A stretch of 20,000 bases of DNA from an uncultured virus (IMG/VR IMGVR_UViG_3300020045_012925) (IMGVR_UViG_3300020045_012925); one strand, 5' to 3'. Positions 1 through 7,079 are shown, counted from the first letter of the stretch. Notes: a model not told the origin generated them from the sequence alone. Numbers and translations: made by a program.

Positions 1-162
1 ATATTTTTCAACAATAGCGTAAGATACCTCTGCTTTAAATCTATTACAGTAAAGGCAAGAAAAATTACATCTGCCTGTCAAGGCTATCTCTATATACCAA
101 GGATCTATACCAGTATAGAATAGTCTATCATATGTTATTTCTGAAAATCCTGTTTCTCTCAT
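1..162 (-). CDS. Radical SAM enzyme, N-terminal part (runs off the window edge)
   Basis: Not in the ORF track. Manual translation from ATG at 162: MRETGFSEITYDRLFYTGIDPWYIEIALTGRCNFSCLYCNRFKAEV..., which contains the CxxxCxxC motif in a typical 'LTGRCNFSCLYC' context. Confidence 0.85.
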   Translation of the reverse strand, partial: MRETGFSEITYDRLFYTGIDPWYIEIALTGRCNFSCLYCNRFKAEVSYAIVEKY

Positions 163-174
163 AATATTATTTTC

Positions 175-354
175 CTATAAATTTAGATCTTCAAAATTAT
201 CGTCTTTTACACAATTGTGGTTTGGGTCTACTGAAATATTAATTAGCTGTTGGTGACTGTCAATAAATATGTTTGTATCTAATTTGGCTCCGCAATAAAT
301 GCAGGTGGTGTTGATATTTAATGTTATGTCGGTATTTATGGATATTTCTGGCAT
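175..354 (-). CDS. Small hypothetical protein, 59 aa, possibly Zn-binding (CxxC...HxC)
   Basis: Manual translation MPEISINTDITLNINTTCIYCGAKL...HNCVKDDNFEDLNL; AAGGAG Shine-Dalgarno (SD) upstream. Confidence 0.7.
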   Translation of the reverse strand: MPEISINTDITLNINTTCIYCGAKLDTNIFIDSHQQLINISVDPNHNCVKDDNFEDLNL

Positions 355-368
355 TTTATAGCTCCTTA

Positions 369-527
369 TTATTTACTGTCATCGTCATAGTAGATTTCAA
401 CCAATTCATGATATTGTTTAAGATGTTCTGCAAGCTTTTCTGCATTGCCTTTAGACATTAAGCCGGTTCTAACCCATTCACCGTTACAATCATTTAGCCA
501 GCGCCAATATTTTATTCTCCAATGCAT
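369..527 (-). CDS. Small hypothetical protein, 52 aa
   Basis: Manual translation MHWRIKYWRWLNDCNGEWVRTGLMSKGNAEKLAEHL...; AAGGAG SD; fills the gap between neighbours. Confidence 0.7.
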   Translation of the reverse strand: MHWRIKYWRWLNDCNGEWVRTGLMSKGNAEKLAEHLKQYHELVEIYYDDDSK

Positions 528-538
528 TTTATGGCTCC

Positions 539-883
539 TTATTTATCGTCTTCTATAGAATATAATAAATCATCTAATTCAGCCATTTTAGCTTCATGTA
601 ATAATAAATACGTATTATAATCTAACGTACTAATAAAAGCATAAGCATCTTCTTTGGTGTGGAAAAGGCAATTAAGTTTGTTATTTCTTTTATTCGGACA
701 GTCAATTACACCATAATCAGAATAATAAGCATGAGTTTCAAAAGATGATTCAGGGTAATATATCATCATCTTGGAATCATCAAGTTTTGATTTAATAATT
801 ATTGGAGAAATTTTACCACGGATTACGGAATAATAAAGCTGATCTACATTTAATTCATTGTATTTCACGCGAGCGTCAATCAT
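539..883 (-). CDS. Hypothetical protein
   Basis: ORF track; AAGGAG SD; start overlaps the upstream stop. Confidence 0.75.
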   Translation of the reverse strand: MIDARVKYNELNVDQLYYSVIRGKISPIIIKSKLDDSKMMIYYPESSFETHAYYSDYGVIDCPNKRNNKLNCLFHTKEDAYAFISTLDYNTYLLLHEAKMAELDDLLYSIEDDK

Positions 884-1314
884 TTTTTATTCTCCTTTTC
901 ATAAATTTGATATACAAAAACTTCATCAATTCCATCCTCGTCATAAAGATATTCATATTGAGGATTTTTTGACCCTATATATGATCTCCATTTATGCCCC
1001 CTCCAGCCTCCACTTTCTGGCTGGTTTTCCCTTTTTACTGGTGTTAATGTAATAAGAAATGTTCGGTCAGTGTCATTTAATTCAGGGCATTGTTCCAGAA
1101 TCTGCATATAATTATCACAAACCCCATATTCATTAATTGAAAGGTTATTACCTATACCTTTTTTATAGTTTTCTAAATAAAGGTTCACATTAAAATGAGA
1201 TATTAGAATAATTCCTTCTTTCAGAACTTCTGGGGTAAAATCATTACCATTAAGTTGTCCAATCATTTCAGAAATTGGATCAAGAATTAAAGCATTTTGG
1301 TCTGTTTTTAACAT
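880..1314 (-). CDS. Conserved phage hypothetical protein (YGVCD...QP..GGWRxHKW.YIG...EYLYDE family)
   Basis: ORF track; SD; the motif string resembles a phage family of unknown function (from memory). Confidence 0.8.
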   Translation of the reverse strand: MLKTDQNALILDPISEMIGQLNGNDFTPEVLKEGIILISHFNVNLYLENYKKGIGNNLSINEYGVCDNYMQILEQCPELNDTDRTFLITLTPVKRENQPESGGWRGHKWRSYIGSKNPQYEYLYDEDGIDEVFVYQIYEKENKK

Positions 1315-1327
1315 TTTTTATGGCTCC

Positions 1328-1597
1328 TTATTTTAATATGTCCTGTAATGAGATTGTGTCAGAATCTTTTTTTGCTATGTTCATTTTTTGCTTAATCAAA
1401 GTTATGGATTCCTGAGATGCTGGTTCATCAGGGGATTCGGATAAAAACGAAATACCATAGTAAAATGTAAGTCTTAGGATTTGACTAATTGATGCACATT
1501 GATCGGGAGTTATGCCGGCACAGATTAAGCCGTCCCTGGCTTTCGCGATTTCACTGATACTTAAACGTGTAGAGACTACTTTTTTAATGTCTTTCAT
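1328..1597 (-). CDS. Putative ribbon-helix-helix-like DNA-binding protein
   Basis: N-terminal KKVVSTRLS strand, then helices including SISQILRL; SD AAGGA. Confidence 0.55.
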   Translation of the reverse strand: MKDIKKVVSTRLSISEIAKARDGLICAGITPDQCASISQILRLTFYYGISFLSESPDEPASQESITLIKQKMNIAKKDSDTISLQDILK

Positions 1598-1600
1598 GAT

Positions 1601-1634
1601 TGGGTTCCTTAATTATTTGGGTTCCTTAATTATT
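1601..1634. repeat. Perfect 17-bp tandem duplication containing the SD
   Basis: TGGGTTCCTTAATTATT at 1601-1617 and 1618-1634. Confidence 0.95.
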
Positions 1635-2076
1635 AGTCATCCATCCAGTCTGAGGGCGGACTGAAATCTGTGACGGTTGAAATTACTGATTCAGAAGAAA
1701 TTTGGATAGGGTCAAATTCTTGGTTGCTCAAAATATGGAATGGCTGAACTTTTGGAAGTTCCAAAATGTTTGGTGGTACTAAATATTGTGGTGGACTGAA
1801 TCTTTTTGGTTGGGGCAAAGATGATATATCAAATTGATTGGGTTCTGACTTTTTATTTTGGTTTAACATTAAATTTACTTCGTTTAAAATGTTTAACGGT
1901 ACGTCATCCGAGCGGTTTATGTTCATTTTGGCTAAATAATCAAGATATAATAGCTTAACTATTTTGTTTGGTGTACTTGGGACATAATTAGGCTCGAATT
2001 GACGTATAATTTGAAGGCCGCGAGCAATTTGGTATGGGGTTAATCTGAATGTTACAGTTGGATTTTTATCTTTCAT
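1633..2076 (-). CDS. Putative ribbon-helix-helix-like DNA-binding protein with a Pro/Ser-rich tail
   Basis: N-terminal NPTVTFRLTPYQ...PNKIVKLL parallels the adjacent 1328-1597 protein. Confidence 0.55.
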   Translation of the reverse strand: MKDKNPTVTFRLTPYQIARGLQIIRQFEPNYVPSTPNKIVKLLYLDYLAKMNINRSDDVPLNILNEVNLMLNQNKKSEPNQFDISSLPQPKRFSPPQYLVPPNILELPKVQPFHILSNQEFDPIQISSESVISTVTDFSPPSDWMDD

Positions 2077-2306
2077 GATTTATTGGCCTTCTCATTGGTT
2101 AGATGGTCAAATTTGCCTGATTGAATCTTATTTGTGATCCAATTAAATTGGGTTTTAGTCAGACTTCCGTTTACAGCGAATGTTTTGTCCGGAAAAATGG
2201 CACCGCGATACATTTCTTCCCTGGTGCGAATGACGATTTTGCCCTCATAGGTAATTTTTATGGTTGTGTTAGTGAAGGTTCGCTGGCAATATGAGGAAGA
2301 TTTCAT
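2073..2306 (-). CDS. Hypothetical protein
   Basis: ORF track; AAAGGA SD; ATGA overlap with the next gene. Confidence 0.7.
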   Translation of the reverse strand: MKSSSYCQRTFTNTTIKITYEGKIVIRTREEMYRGAIFPDKTFAVNGSLTKTQFNWITNKIQSGKFDHLTNEKANKS

Positions 2307-2346
2307 ATTTGTGTCCTTTTCAAAATTAATTGTTTATGTAATGGCT

Positions 2347-2361
2347 GTTCAATTTATGAAC
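2347..2361. promoter_or_regulatory. Palindromic box GTTCA-N5-TGAAC (copy 1)
   Basis: GTTCAATTTATGAAC, intergenic; the same motif occurs at 8771 and 17271. Confidence 0.6.
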
Positions 2362-2377
2362 AGACTTTTGAACGGGA

Positions 2378-2500
2378 TTAATCTTTTTTTGTGTATGTAA
2401 TTTTGTCATGCATATAATCAATGATGATGGAAAAATGCAGGCCGACTATAAATCCTGATAAACCAGCTAAGATTGTGAGTAATAAATATTTTTGTGACAT
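2378..2500 (-). CDS. Small single-TM membrane protein, 40 aa
   Basis: Manual translation MSQKYLLLTILAGLSGFIVGLHFSIIIDYMHDKITYTKKD; TAATG overlap with the upstream gene. Confidence 0.65.
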   Translation of the reverse strand: MSQKYLLLTILAGLSGFIVGLHFSIIIDYMHDKITYTKKD

Positions 2501-2871
2501 TATATATCCTTTATTATTTTAAAGTTATTTTCCTGGAGCCAGTTATGGAATCGCTTGGCAGTATGATAACAACCATGTACGCAGCATTTATTATATAATC
2601 CAGAACAATTTACAGATTTACAAAATTCATATTTTTTATAAGTTATCTGGGATTGTTCCTGAAGACTTTCTAACCATTCTAAGCATTGTTTTAGCTTATC
2701 TACTTTAAGCTGGAATATGTCTAAATATTCTTTACATGTAAGTCCTGATTCTGCATATTCATAAGTCATCTCTTTAGTGGATAGGCTTCTAAACTCTATT
2801 TTTGTATCATAAAGATCATCTTCAGCAGCACTCAAAGTGTTCAGGATAATTTCTAATACTTTGGTTTTCAT
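2500..2871 (-). CDS. Hypothetical protein with a helical N-domain and a Cys-rich C-domain
   Basis: ORF track; AGGAG SD; C-terminal FCKSVNC...CCVHGCYH. Confidence 0.75.
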   Translation of the reverse strand: MKTKVLEIILNTLSAAEDDLYDTKIEFRSLSTKEMTYEYAESGLTCKEYLDIFQLKVDKLKQCLEWLESLQEQSQITYKKYEFCKSVNCSGLYNKCCVHGCYHTAKRFHNWLQENNFKIIKDI

Positions 2872-2963
2872 TTTAATCTCCTATTTGTATCCAAAGTAGG
2901 TTGACTGCCTTTGGAATAGTTTATGCCAGATATTGAGAGGATCAAAAACCTGGCGTTATATGT

Positions 2964-3095
2964 TTAATCTTTTGAGGCAAACCAAATAGTTGCCATTATC
3001 ATCCAATACCAGAAAACATTAGGATTTATAGTTTTATCAAAATGAGAACATATTCCCAGAATAATACAAAAAAGTCCATAAAGTATAGTAGGCAT
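2964..3095 (-). CDS. Small two-TM membrane protein, 43 aa
   Basis: Manual translation MPTILYGLFCIILGICSHFDKTINPNVFWYWMIMATIWFASKD; AAAGGA SD. Confidence 0.65.
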   Translation of the reverse strand: MPTILYGLFCIILGICSHFDKTINPNVFWYWMIMATIWFASKD

Positions 3096-3114
3096 TTTAT
3101 ATCCTTTAAAAGAG

Positions 3115-3507
3115 TTATAACTTAGTATTCTGGAGTTTTTCCAAGATTATTGCCTGCATTTCTGGGGGCAGGTTTTCAATTGCCTTCATTGCCAGGGATG
3201 CTGCTATTTGTTCTGGTGTTGGTTTATCGGATTTTTTGGAAGGTTTCTTTTTGCTGTGGGGCTTTAATGATTTACGGCCAATCATTAAGTTGTAATCATT
3301 CTGTGATTGTTTTTCAGCTTTATCCAGGCGCTCAAATAATCGCGCTATTTTTGACCATTCGTCAAATGCCAGATAAAAGGCATCGGCCTTATTATCTTTG
3401 TCTTCCTTCAGGCGATGTAAAACAGGAATTAGTTCAACTTTCCTGGTTTGGATAGCTAAAATTTTGTTTTCAAGTTCAATTGTGGTTTGAAATTCATTTG
3501 TTGGCAT
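3115..3507 (-). CDS. Hypothetical coiled-coil protein with a basic linker
   Basis: ORF track; AAAGGA SD. Confidence 0.8.
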   Translation of the reverse strand: MPTNEFQTTIELENKILAIQTRKVELIPVLHRLKEDKDNKADAFYLAFDEWSKIARLFERLDKAEKQSQNDYNLMIGRKSLKPHSKKKPSKKSDKPTPEQIAASLAMKAIENLPPEMQAIILEKLQNTKL

Positions 3508-3534
3508 GATATATCCTTTGGTTATATAATTTGG

Positions 3535-3765
3535 TTATACTTCCCAATTTTTGGTAACTTCATCTACTGCATTGTCCAGGTCTTTACCGACAAGATTTAA
3601 ATTTCTTGGAAGTTCTAATTTTGGCTGAGCTAAATTTTGCTGTTGCTTGAACTTTTTGCGACGTATAGCCTGTTTGCGCAAACGTAAATTTATATCAAAC
3701 TCATTATATGCGCGAAAGTAATTACTTGGCGCGTCGATATTGTTTGTGAAATCAAATTTTGGCAT
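3535..3765 (-). CDS. Hypothetical basic protein (start moved to MPKFDF)
   Basis: AAAAGGAA SD precedes the ATG at 3765, not the ORF-track start at 3825. Confidence 0.7.
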   Translation of the reverse strand: MPKFDFTNNIDAPSNYFRAYNEFDINLRLRKQAIRRKKFKQQQNLAQPKLELPRNLNLVGKDLDNAVDEVTKNWEV

Positions 3766-3842
3766 GATTAAATTCCTTTTGATTAGATAATTTGACTGGA
3801 TTAAAAAAGAACAGTTTAAAGACATGTTCAGGTCTATAAAAA

Positions 3843-4055
3843 TTACGCTAAGTTAAAAAGTTCTTTTACGGCTTCTGCTACGTCAGAACCATTTTGGGCA
3901 TATCCGCTAATTCTATATGTTCCATTGATATTGCCTTGGTATAATTTTGCACCAGACTTAAACATCATGAAAGGTGCTGATCTTTCGTTCAAATCAATAT
4001 CGGGATATTTATCAAGCAGGTCTTTTTTCTTAAATACTACGGTTACACTTCTCAT
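3843..4055 (-). CDS. Hypothetical protein
   Basis: ORF track; AAGGGGG SD; first gene after the promoter at 4140-4168. Confidence 0.75.
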   Translation of the reverse strand: MRSVTVVFKKKDLLDKYPDIDLNERSAPFMMFKSGAKLYQGNINGTYRISGYAQNGSDVAEAVKELFNLA

Positions 4056-4085
4056 TTTTTATTCCCCCTTGGATTATAAAAAATA

Positions 4086-4121
4086 TTTGTATGACGTATA
4101 AAAATAGGTTTGTATGACGTA
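4086..4121. promoter_or_regulatory. Direct-repeat pair TTTGTATGACGTA (operator-like)
   Basis: Identical 13-mers at 4086-4098 and 4109-4121, just downstream of the promoter. Confidence 0.7.
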
Positions 4122-4139
4122 AACACCTATCATGTTTAC

Positions 4140-4168
4140 CGTATACCACAACAAAACCGGCCTGTCAA
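4140..4168 (-). promoter_or_regulatory. Sigma70-type promoter
   Basis: Minus strand TTGACA-17 nt-TATACG, with extended -10 TG. Confidence 0.75.
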
Positions 4169-4171
4169 GCG

Positions 4172-4240
4172 AAAAATTCATGCCCGCCGTTTTATTTTTA
4201 CCTAACTTAATACAGTTCAAATAATAAACGGGCACGAATT
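4172..4240 (-). terminator. Long hairpin, possible intrinsic terminator
   Basis: AATTCATGCCCG (4175-4186) pairs with CGGGCACGAATT (4229-4240); a T-run follows on the minus strand. Confidence 0.45.
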
Positions 4241-4260
4241 ATGGGGATTATCTAAGATTA

Positions 4261-4787
4261 CAAGAGTTCAAAAATGTAGTCTGGTTCTATGTAGATAATA
4301 ACCTATATATCGTTCTTTGTTGTAAAGATCGGCCAGCAATTGCGCTTCGTCCTTGTTTGTGCATGTTGTAAATCTCCATCCTCCCTTACCTTAGGTGTGA
4401 CATATATTCTCACCACGCTTAACAATTATCCACAAGTCAGCAATTTCTTTCAGCAAAATAAATTCTTTGCAATTTGTTGCCGGCCTCACATGTAAAATTG
4501 TATTTTTCTATCTCAGCTATCAATGTCTTATCAATTTTCCTGTCTGGACACCTAAAAAATGGCTCGTCTTCTTCACACTTGCAATGATTAAACTTGCAGT
4601 CGCCATAATAAACACACTTTTTATCTGTCATTTCTCCTCCTCTTGTTATGTTGATAGTCCCACAGGCAGGTGGAACTTTGGGTTTGATATCAATACCTCA
4701 CTCGCCCTTTACCGTCACAATGAAGTTGAATTTTGTTGCTGCTTGAATTTTTTGTGTCCAAGAGTTCAAAAATGTAGTCTGGTTCTA
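4261..4787. repeat. Perfect 29-bp direct repeat flanking 469 bp
   Basis: CAAGAGTTCAAAAATGTAGTCTGGTTCTA at 4261-4289 and 4759-4787. Confidence 0.95.
4437..4631 (-). CDS. Cys-rich hypothetical protein, possibly frameshifted near 4478
   Basis: ORF track; strong GAGGAGGAG SD; an alternative frame continues as NCKEFILLKEIADLW... to a stop at 4391. Confidence 0.6.
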   Translation of the reverse strand: MTDKKCVYYGDCKFNHCKCEEDEPFFRCPDRKIDKTLIAEIEKYNFTCEAGNKLQRIYFAERNC

Positions 4788-4941
4788 AATTGAAAAACTC
4801 AGCGCATATGTTTTCTGCCAGATCGAGTTCTCCATCATCTAAGTATGATGCTAACTGCTTTTTTGCTGCCAGCATTAGTTTGTGTGCATCTTTTGGGGTC
4901 ATATCATCTCGTCTGATTAATATATCCTTTATGGTTTCCAA
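4690..4941 (-). CDS. Conserved phage hypothetical protein (ILIRRD...LEPDYI family)
   Basis: ORF track; AAGGAAGG SD; motif resembles a small phage protein family that, as I recall, ends shortly after LEPDYI. Confidence 0.75.
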   Translation of the reverse strand: METIKDILIRRDDMTPKDAHKLMLAAKKQLASYLDDGELDLAENICAEFFNLEPDYIFELLDTKNSSSNKIQLHCDGKGRVRY

Positions 4942-5144
4942 AATAGTTTTCCTTCCTTATTAAGGGTTAGGTTAACTGGTTTTACCATGGATAACATTAG
5001 TTGTTCCGAAATATGTTCTATTTGATCAGATTTAATTTGTCTTAATTCTGACCGAATCTCAGTATGGTGATAATAACACCAGGTGTAGCCGATACCAATT
5101 CCACAAATAAAAACTAACGTGTTATTAATAAATTTTGATTTCAT
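4929..5144 (-). CDS. Hypothetical protein with an N-terminal TM segment
   Basis: ORF track; hydrophobic LVFICGIGIGYTW. Confidence 0.7.
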   Translation of the reverse strand: MKSKFINNTLVFICGIGIGYTWCYYHHTEIRSELRQIKSDQIEHISEQLMLSMVKPVNLTLNKEGKLFWKP

Positions 5145-5169
5145 AATAATTATGATTCCTTCAAATCTG

Positions 5170-5517
5170 TTATTCCAAATACCAGCCGGTTTTAGCTACT
5201 GTGTTTATTATCGTCCCATTTGGGAGTTCCTTTTTTTCACGGGTGTCATTACTAAATATCCAGGGCTTAACTGAGAATTTTCCAGTATTTGCTGATTCTA
5301 AAGCTGCTGTGACGGCCAAATCTAAGATCATCCCAGGAATTGGGGAGACAAAAACAATATTGCCTGTTAATAATTTACATAGACTGTCACGATATTGTTT
5401 GTCCCAGCCTGTTGCGGGGACTAATAATGTTGAGTATGTTCCAAAAGTTTCGGTTAATATAATTTGTTGTTCGGGCAGCAGTTTGTGCTGCTCATTGATT
5501 ATTATGGTGGTTTCCAT
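5170..5517 (-). CDS. Hypothetical protein; tentative Csx15/Csx20-like small alpha/beta fold
   Basis: Clear gene with AGGAG SD. The function call rests only on the pattern IIINEQHKLLPEQ...P..W...VFVSP...REKKELPNG. Confidence 0.6.
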   Translation of the reverse strand: METTIIINEQHKLLPEQQIILTETFGTYSTLLVPATGWDKQYRDSLCKLLTGNIVFVSPIPGMILDLAVTAALESANTGKFSVKPWIFSNDTREKKELPNGTIINTVAKTGWYLE

Positions 5518-5527
5518 AATGGGTCTC

Positions 5528-5737
5528 CTAAAAGATGATTACTTCATTAAATTTGATGACTTCAGAAATTGGTTTGGCTTCCAGTAATGTTGTACCTTCT
5601 AAAATTTGAAACGCACAATATTTGGCGCTAAATTCCATTGCTTCGCTAATGCATCTGGAAACAGAAAACCTGCCTGATAGGCTAATAATTTGGTCTTTGC
5701 CTGTCTTGGTGGATTTTACCAATTTGATGTATCGCAC
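5528..5737 (-). CDS. Hypothetical protein (GTG start)
   Basis: ORF track; AGGAG SD. Confidence 0.7.
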   Translation of the reverse strand: MRYIKLVKSTKTGKDQIISLSGRFSVSRCISEAMEFSAKYCAFQILEGTTLLEAKPISEVIKFNEVIIF

Positions 5738-5739
5738 AA

Positions 5740-5922
5740 TTATTTCTCCTGTTTAATATTTTGGTTATTCTGTCTGATTTCGCGCCAATAATCTGTCAAT
5801 GGCTTATTCCATGCCAAAGACTTACAATTCGGGCATGACTTAGGCAGTTTGGTTGGGTGCCTGGGGTACCAAACATAATTGCAGCGTTTACAAACTAATA
5901 TGGTGGTGTAATGGTCTGGCAT
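5740..5922 (-). CDS. Zinc-ribbon protein, 60 aa (start moved to MPDHY)
   Basis: CKRC...W.PR...PKSCPNCKS..W motif; AAAGGAG SD before the ATG at 5922. Confidence 0.8.
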   Translation of the reverse strand: MPDHYTTILVCKRCNYVWYPRHPTKLPKSCPNCKSLAWNKPLTDYWREIRQNNQNIKQEK

Positions 5923-5966
5923 AAAATAAGACTCCTTTATATATGGTTGTATAGGTGTATAGGGTG

Positions 5967-5995
5967 ATAATTGCACAAAAAACGGGTGCTGTCAA
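5967..5995 (-). promoter_or_regulatory. Sigma70-type promoter for the left arm
   Basis: TTGACA-17 nt-AATTAT with extended TG and upstream T-tracts; the -10 is imperfect. Confidence 0.6.
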
Positions 5996-6039
5996 GGGTA
6001 AAAATGAAAATTTGTAAAAATGTGAAAAAGGCCGGTTTT

Positions 6040-6610
6040 AAAGGTCGGTAAGGCGTTGGGATAGGCGTATATATAGGGATAGGCTGAAGGGGCTTTAAAT
6101 GAGCCAAAAAAGGGGCTTAAAAGGCAAAATAATAAGGGGGTTTTGTGCCTGTCAGGGTATGCCTGTATGGTGCTTGTGCCTGGTGTAAGTTAAGTATGAT
6201 AAAGATAATTAGGTAAGGCTTATAGGTTGGCTGGTAAGGGGTAAAATGTCGTGTTTGCTGGGGATAATGCAAAAAGGGCTATAGTGGTCGGTTGATCGGG
6301 TGAAATAGTCTGGAAAAGCTTAAAAAGGGGCTTAAATAGCATGAATGGTGAATGGTGAACATGATCATGGTAAATGCCTGTTATGGTGACTGTGTCCGGT
6401 ATAGGCGTAAAGGGTGAAAATGGCTGTTTACCGGGCCATGATGCTTGTTTGGTGTAACGGTATTCAAAAAGGGTCTGATAAGGCTGAGATGGCTTAAAAA
6501 GAGGCAAATTAAAGGGATTATGATAGATGCCTGTTTATGCCCCTTTCCTGTTCCTGGTGCCTGTTCCTGGCTGGGCCTGGTTTGGGGGGATCGCTAACTT
6601 TATGCCTGCT
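6040..6610 (+). repeat. G-rich strand-biased region with dispersed GCCTG/CCTGG and GGTAAGG motifs
   Basis: GCCTG near 6147, 6161, 6178, 6376, 6529, 6559, 6575, 6604; GGTAAGG at 6047, 6212, 6233. Confidence 0.65.
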
Positions 6611-6644
6611 ATAATTTAGAGTACGGATATAAGTTAGAAAAAGG

Positions 6645-6920
6645 CAAAAATGCCGGGTATGTAATTATGACGTAATAATTAGGGGGGGTGCCTTTTATAT
6701 AACGTATGACGTATACATATAACTCTAACTTAGTTATCTCTCTAACTATATATATATATATTAGAGTAGAGTAGAGTTTTAAGTTATCTCTCTATCTAAC
6801 TATATATATATAATAATAAACACTAATCTATTAAGACCACCCCCTATATTAAAAAATCACCCCCCCTGAAAAGGGTACCCCCTCAATTATTACGTCATAA
6901 TTGGTACACGCAGGTTTTTG
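6645..6920. repeat. Large imperfect inverted repeat around an AT-rich core (putative origin or terminus)
   Basis: AATTATGACGTAATAATT at 6663-6680 is the exact reverse complement of 6885-6902; the core has direct repeats and (TA)7 and (TA)6 runs. Confidence 0.8.
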
Positions 6921-7015
6921 ATTTCGTAATAGTTAGACGCTGAAAGGTGCATGAACAGCGGATCTCCCAAAAGGCGGGTAAGGCTGGCGATGTTAGGTAA
7001 GACTCAAAAATAGAC

Positions 7016-7079
7016 TGTATGACGTATAATAGGGTAAGGTATACAATAATGTATGACGTAATAATAGGGTAATGTATAC
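7016..7079. repeat. Tandem repeat, about 30-bp unit, period 34, each with a TATGACGTA box
   Basis: TGTATGACGTATAATAGGGTAAGGTATAC and TGTATGACGTAATAATAGGGTAATGTATAC. Confidence 0.9.

Noticed and set aside
53..81. TTGACA on the minus strand at 76-81
   Set aside because: Inside the radical SAM coding sequence, with no -10 element at 17 nt.
4261..4787. Diversity-generating retroelement TR/VR pair
   Set aside because: The copies are short and identical, with no adenine-specific differences and no reverse transcriptase in the window.
7016..7079. Mini-CRISPR interpretation of the 30-bp repeats (also of the 29-bp pair at 4261/4759)
   Set aside because: Only two copies each, with gaps of 5 nt and 469 nt rather than spacer-sized; no cas genes in the window.
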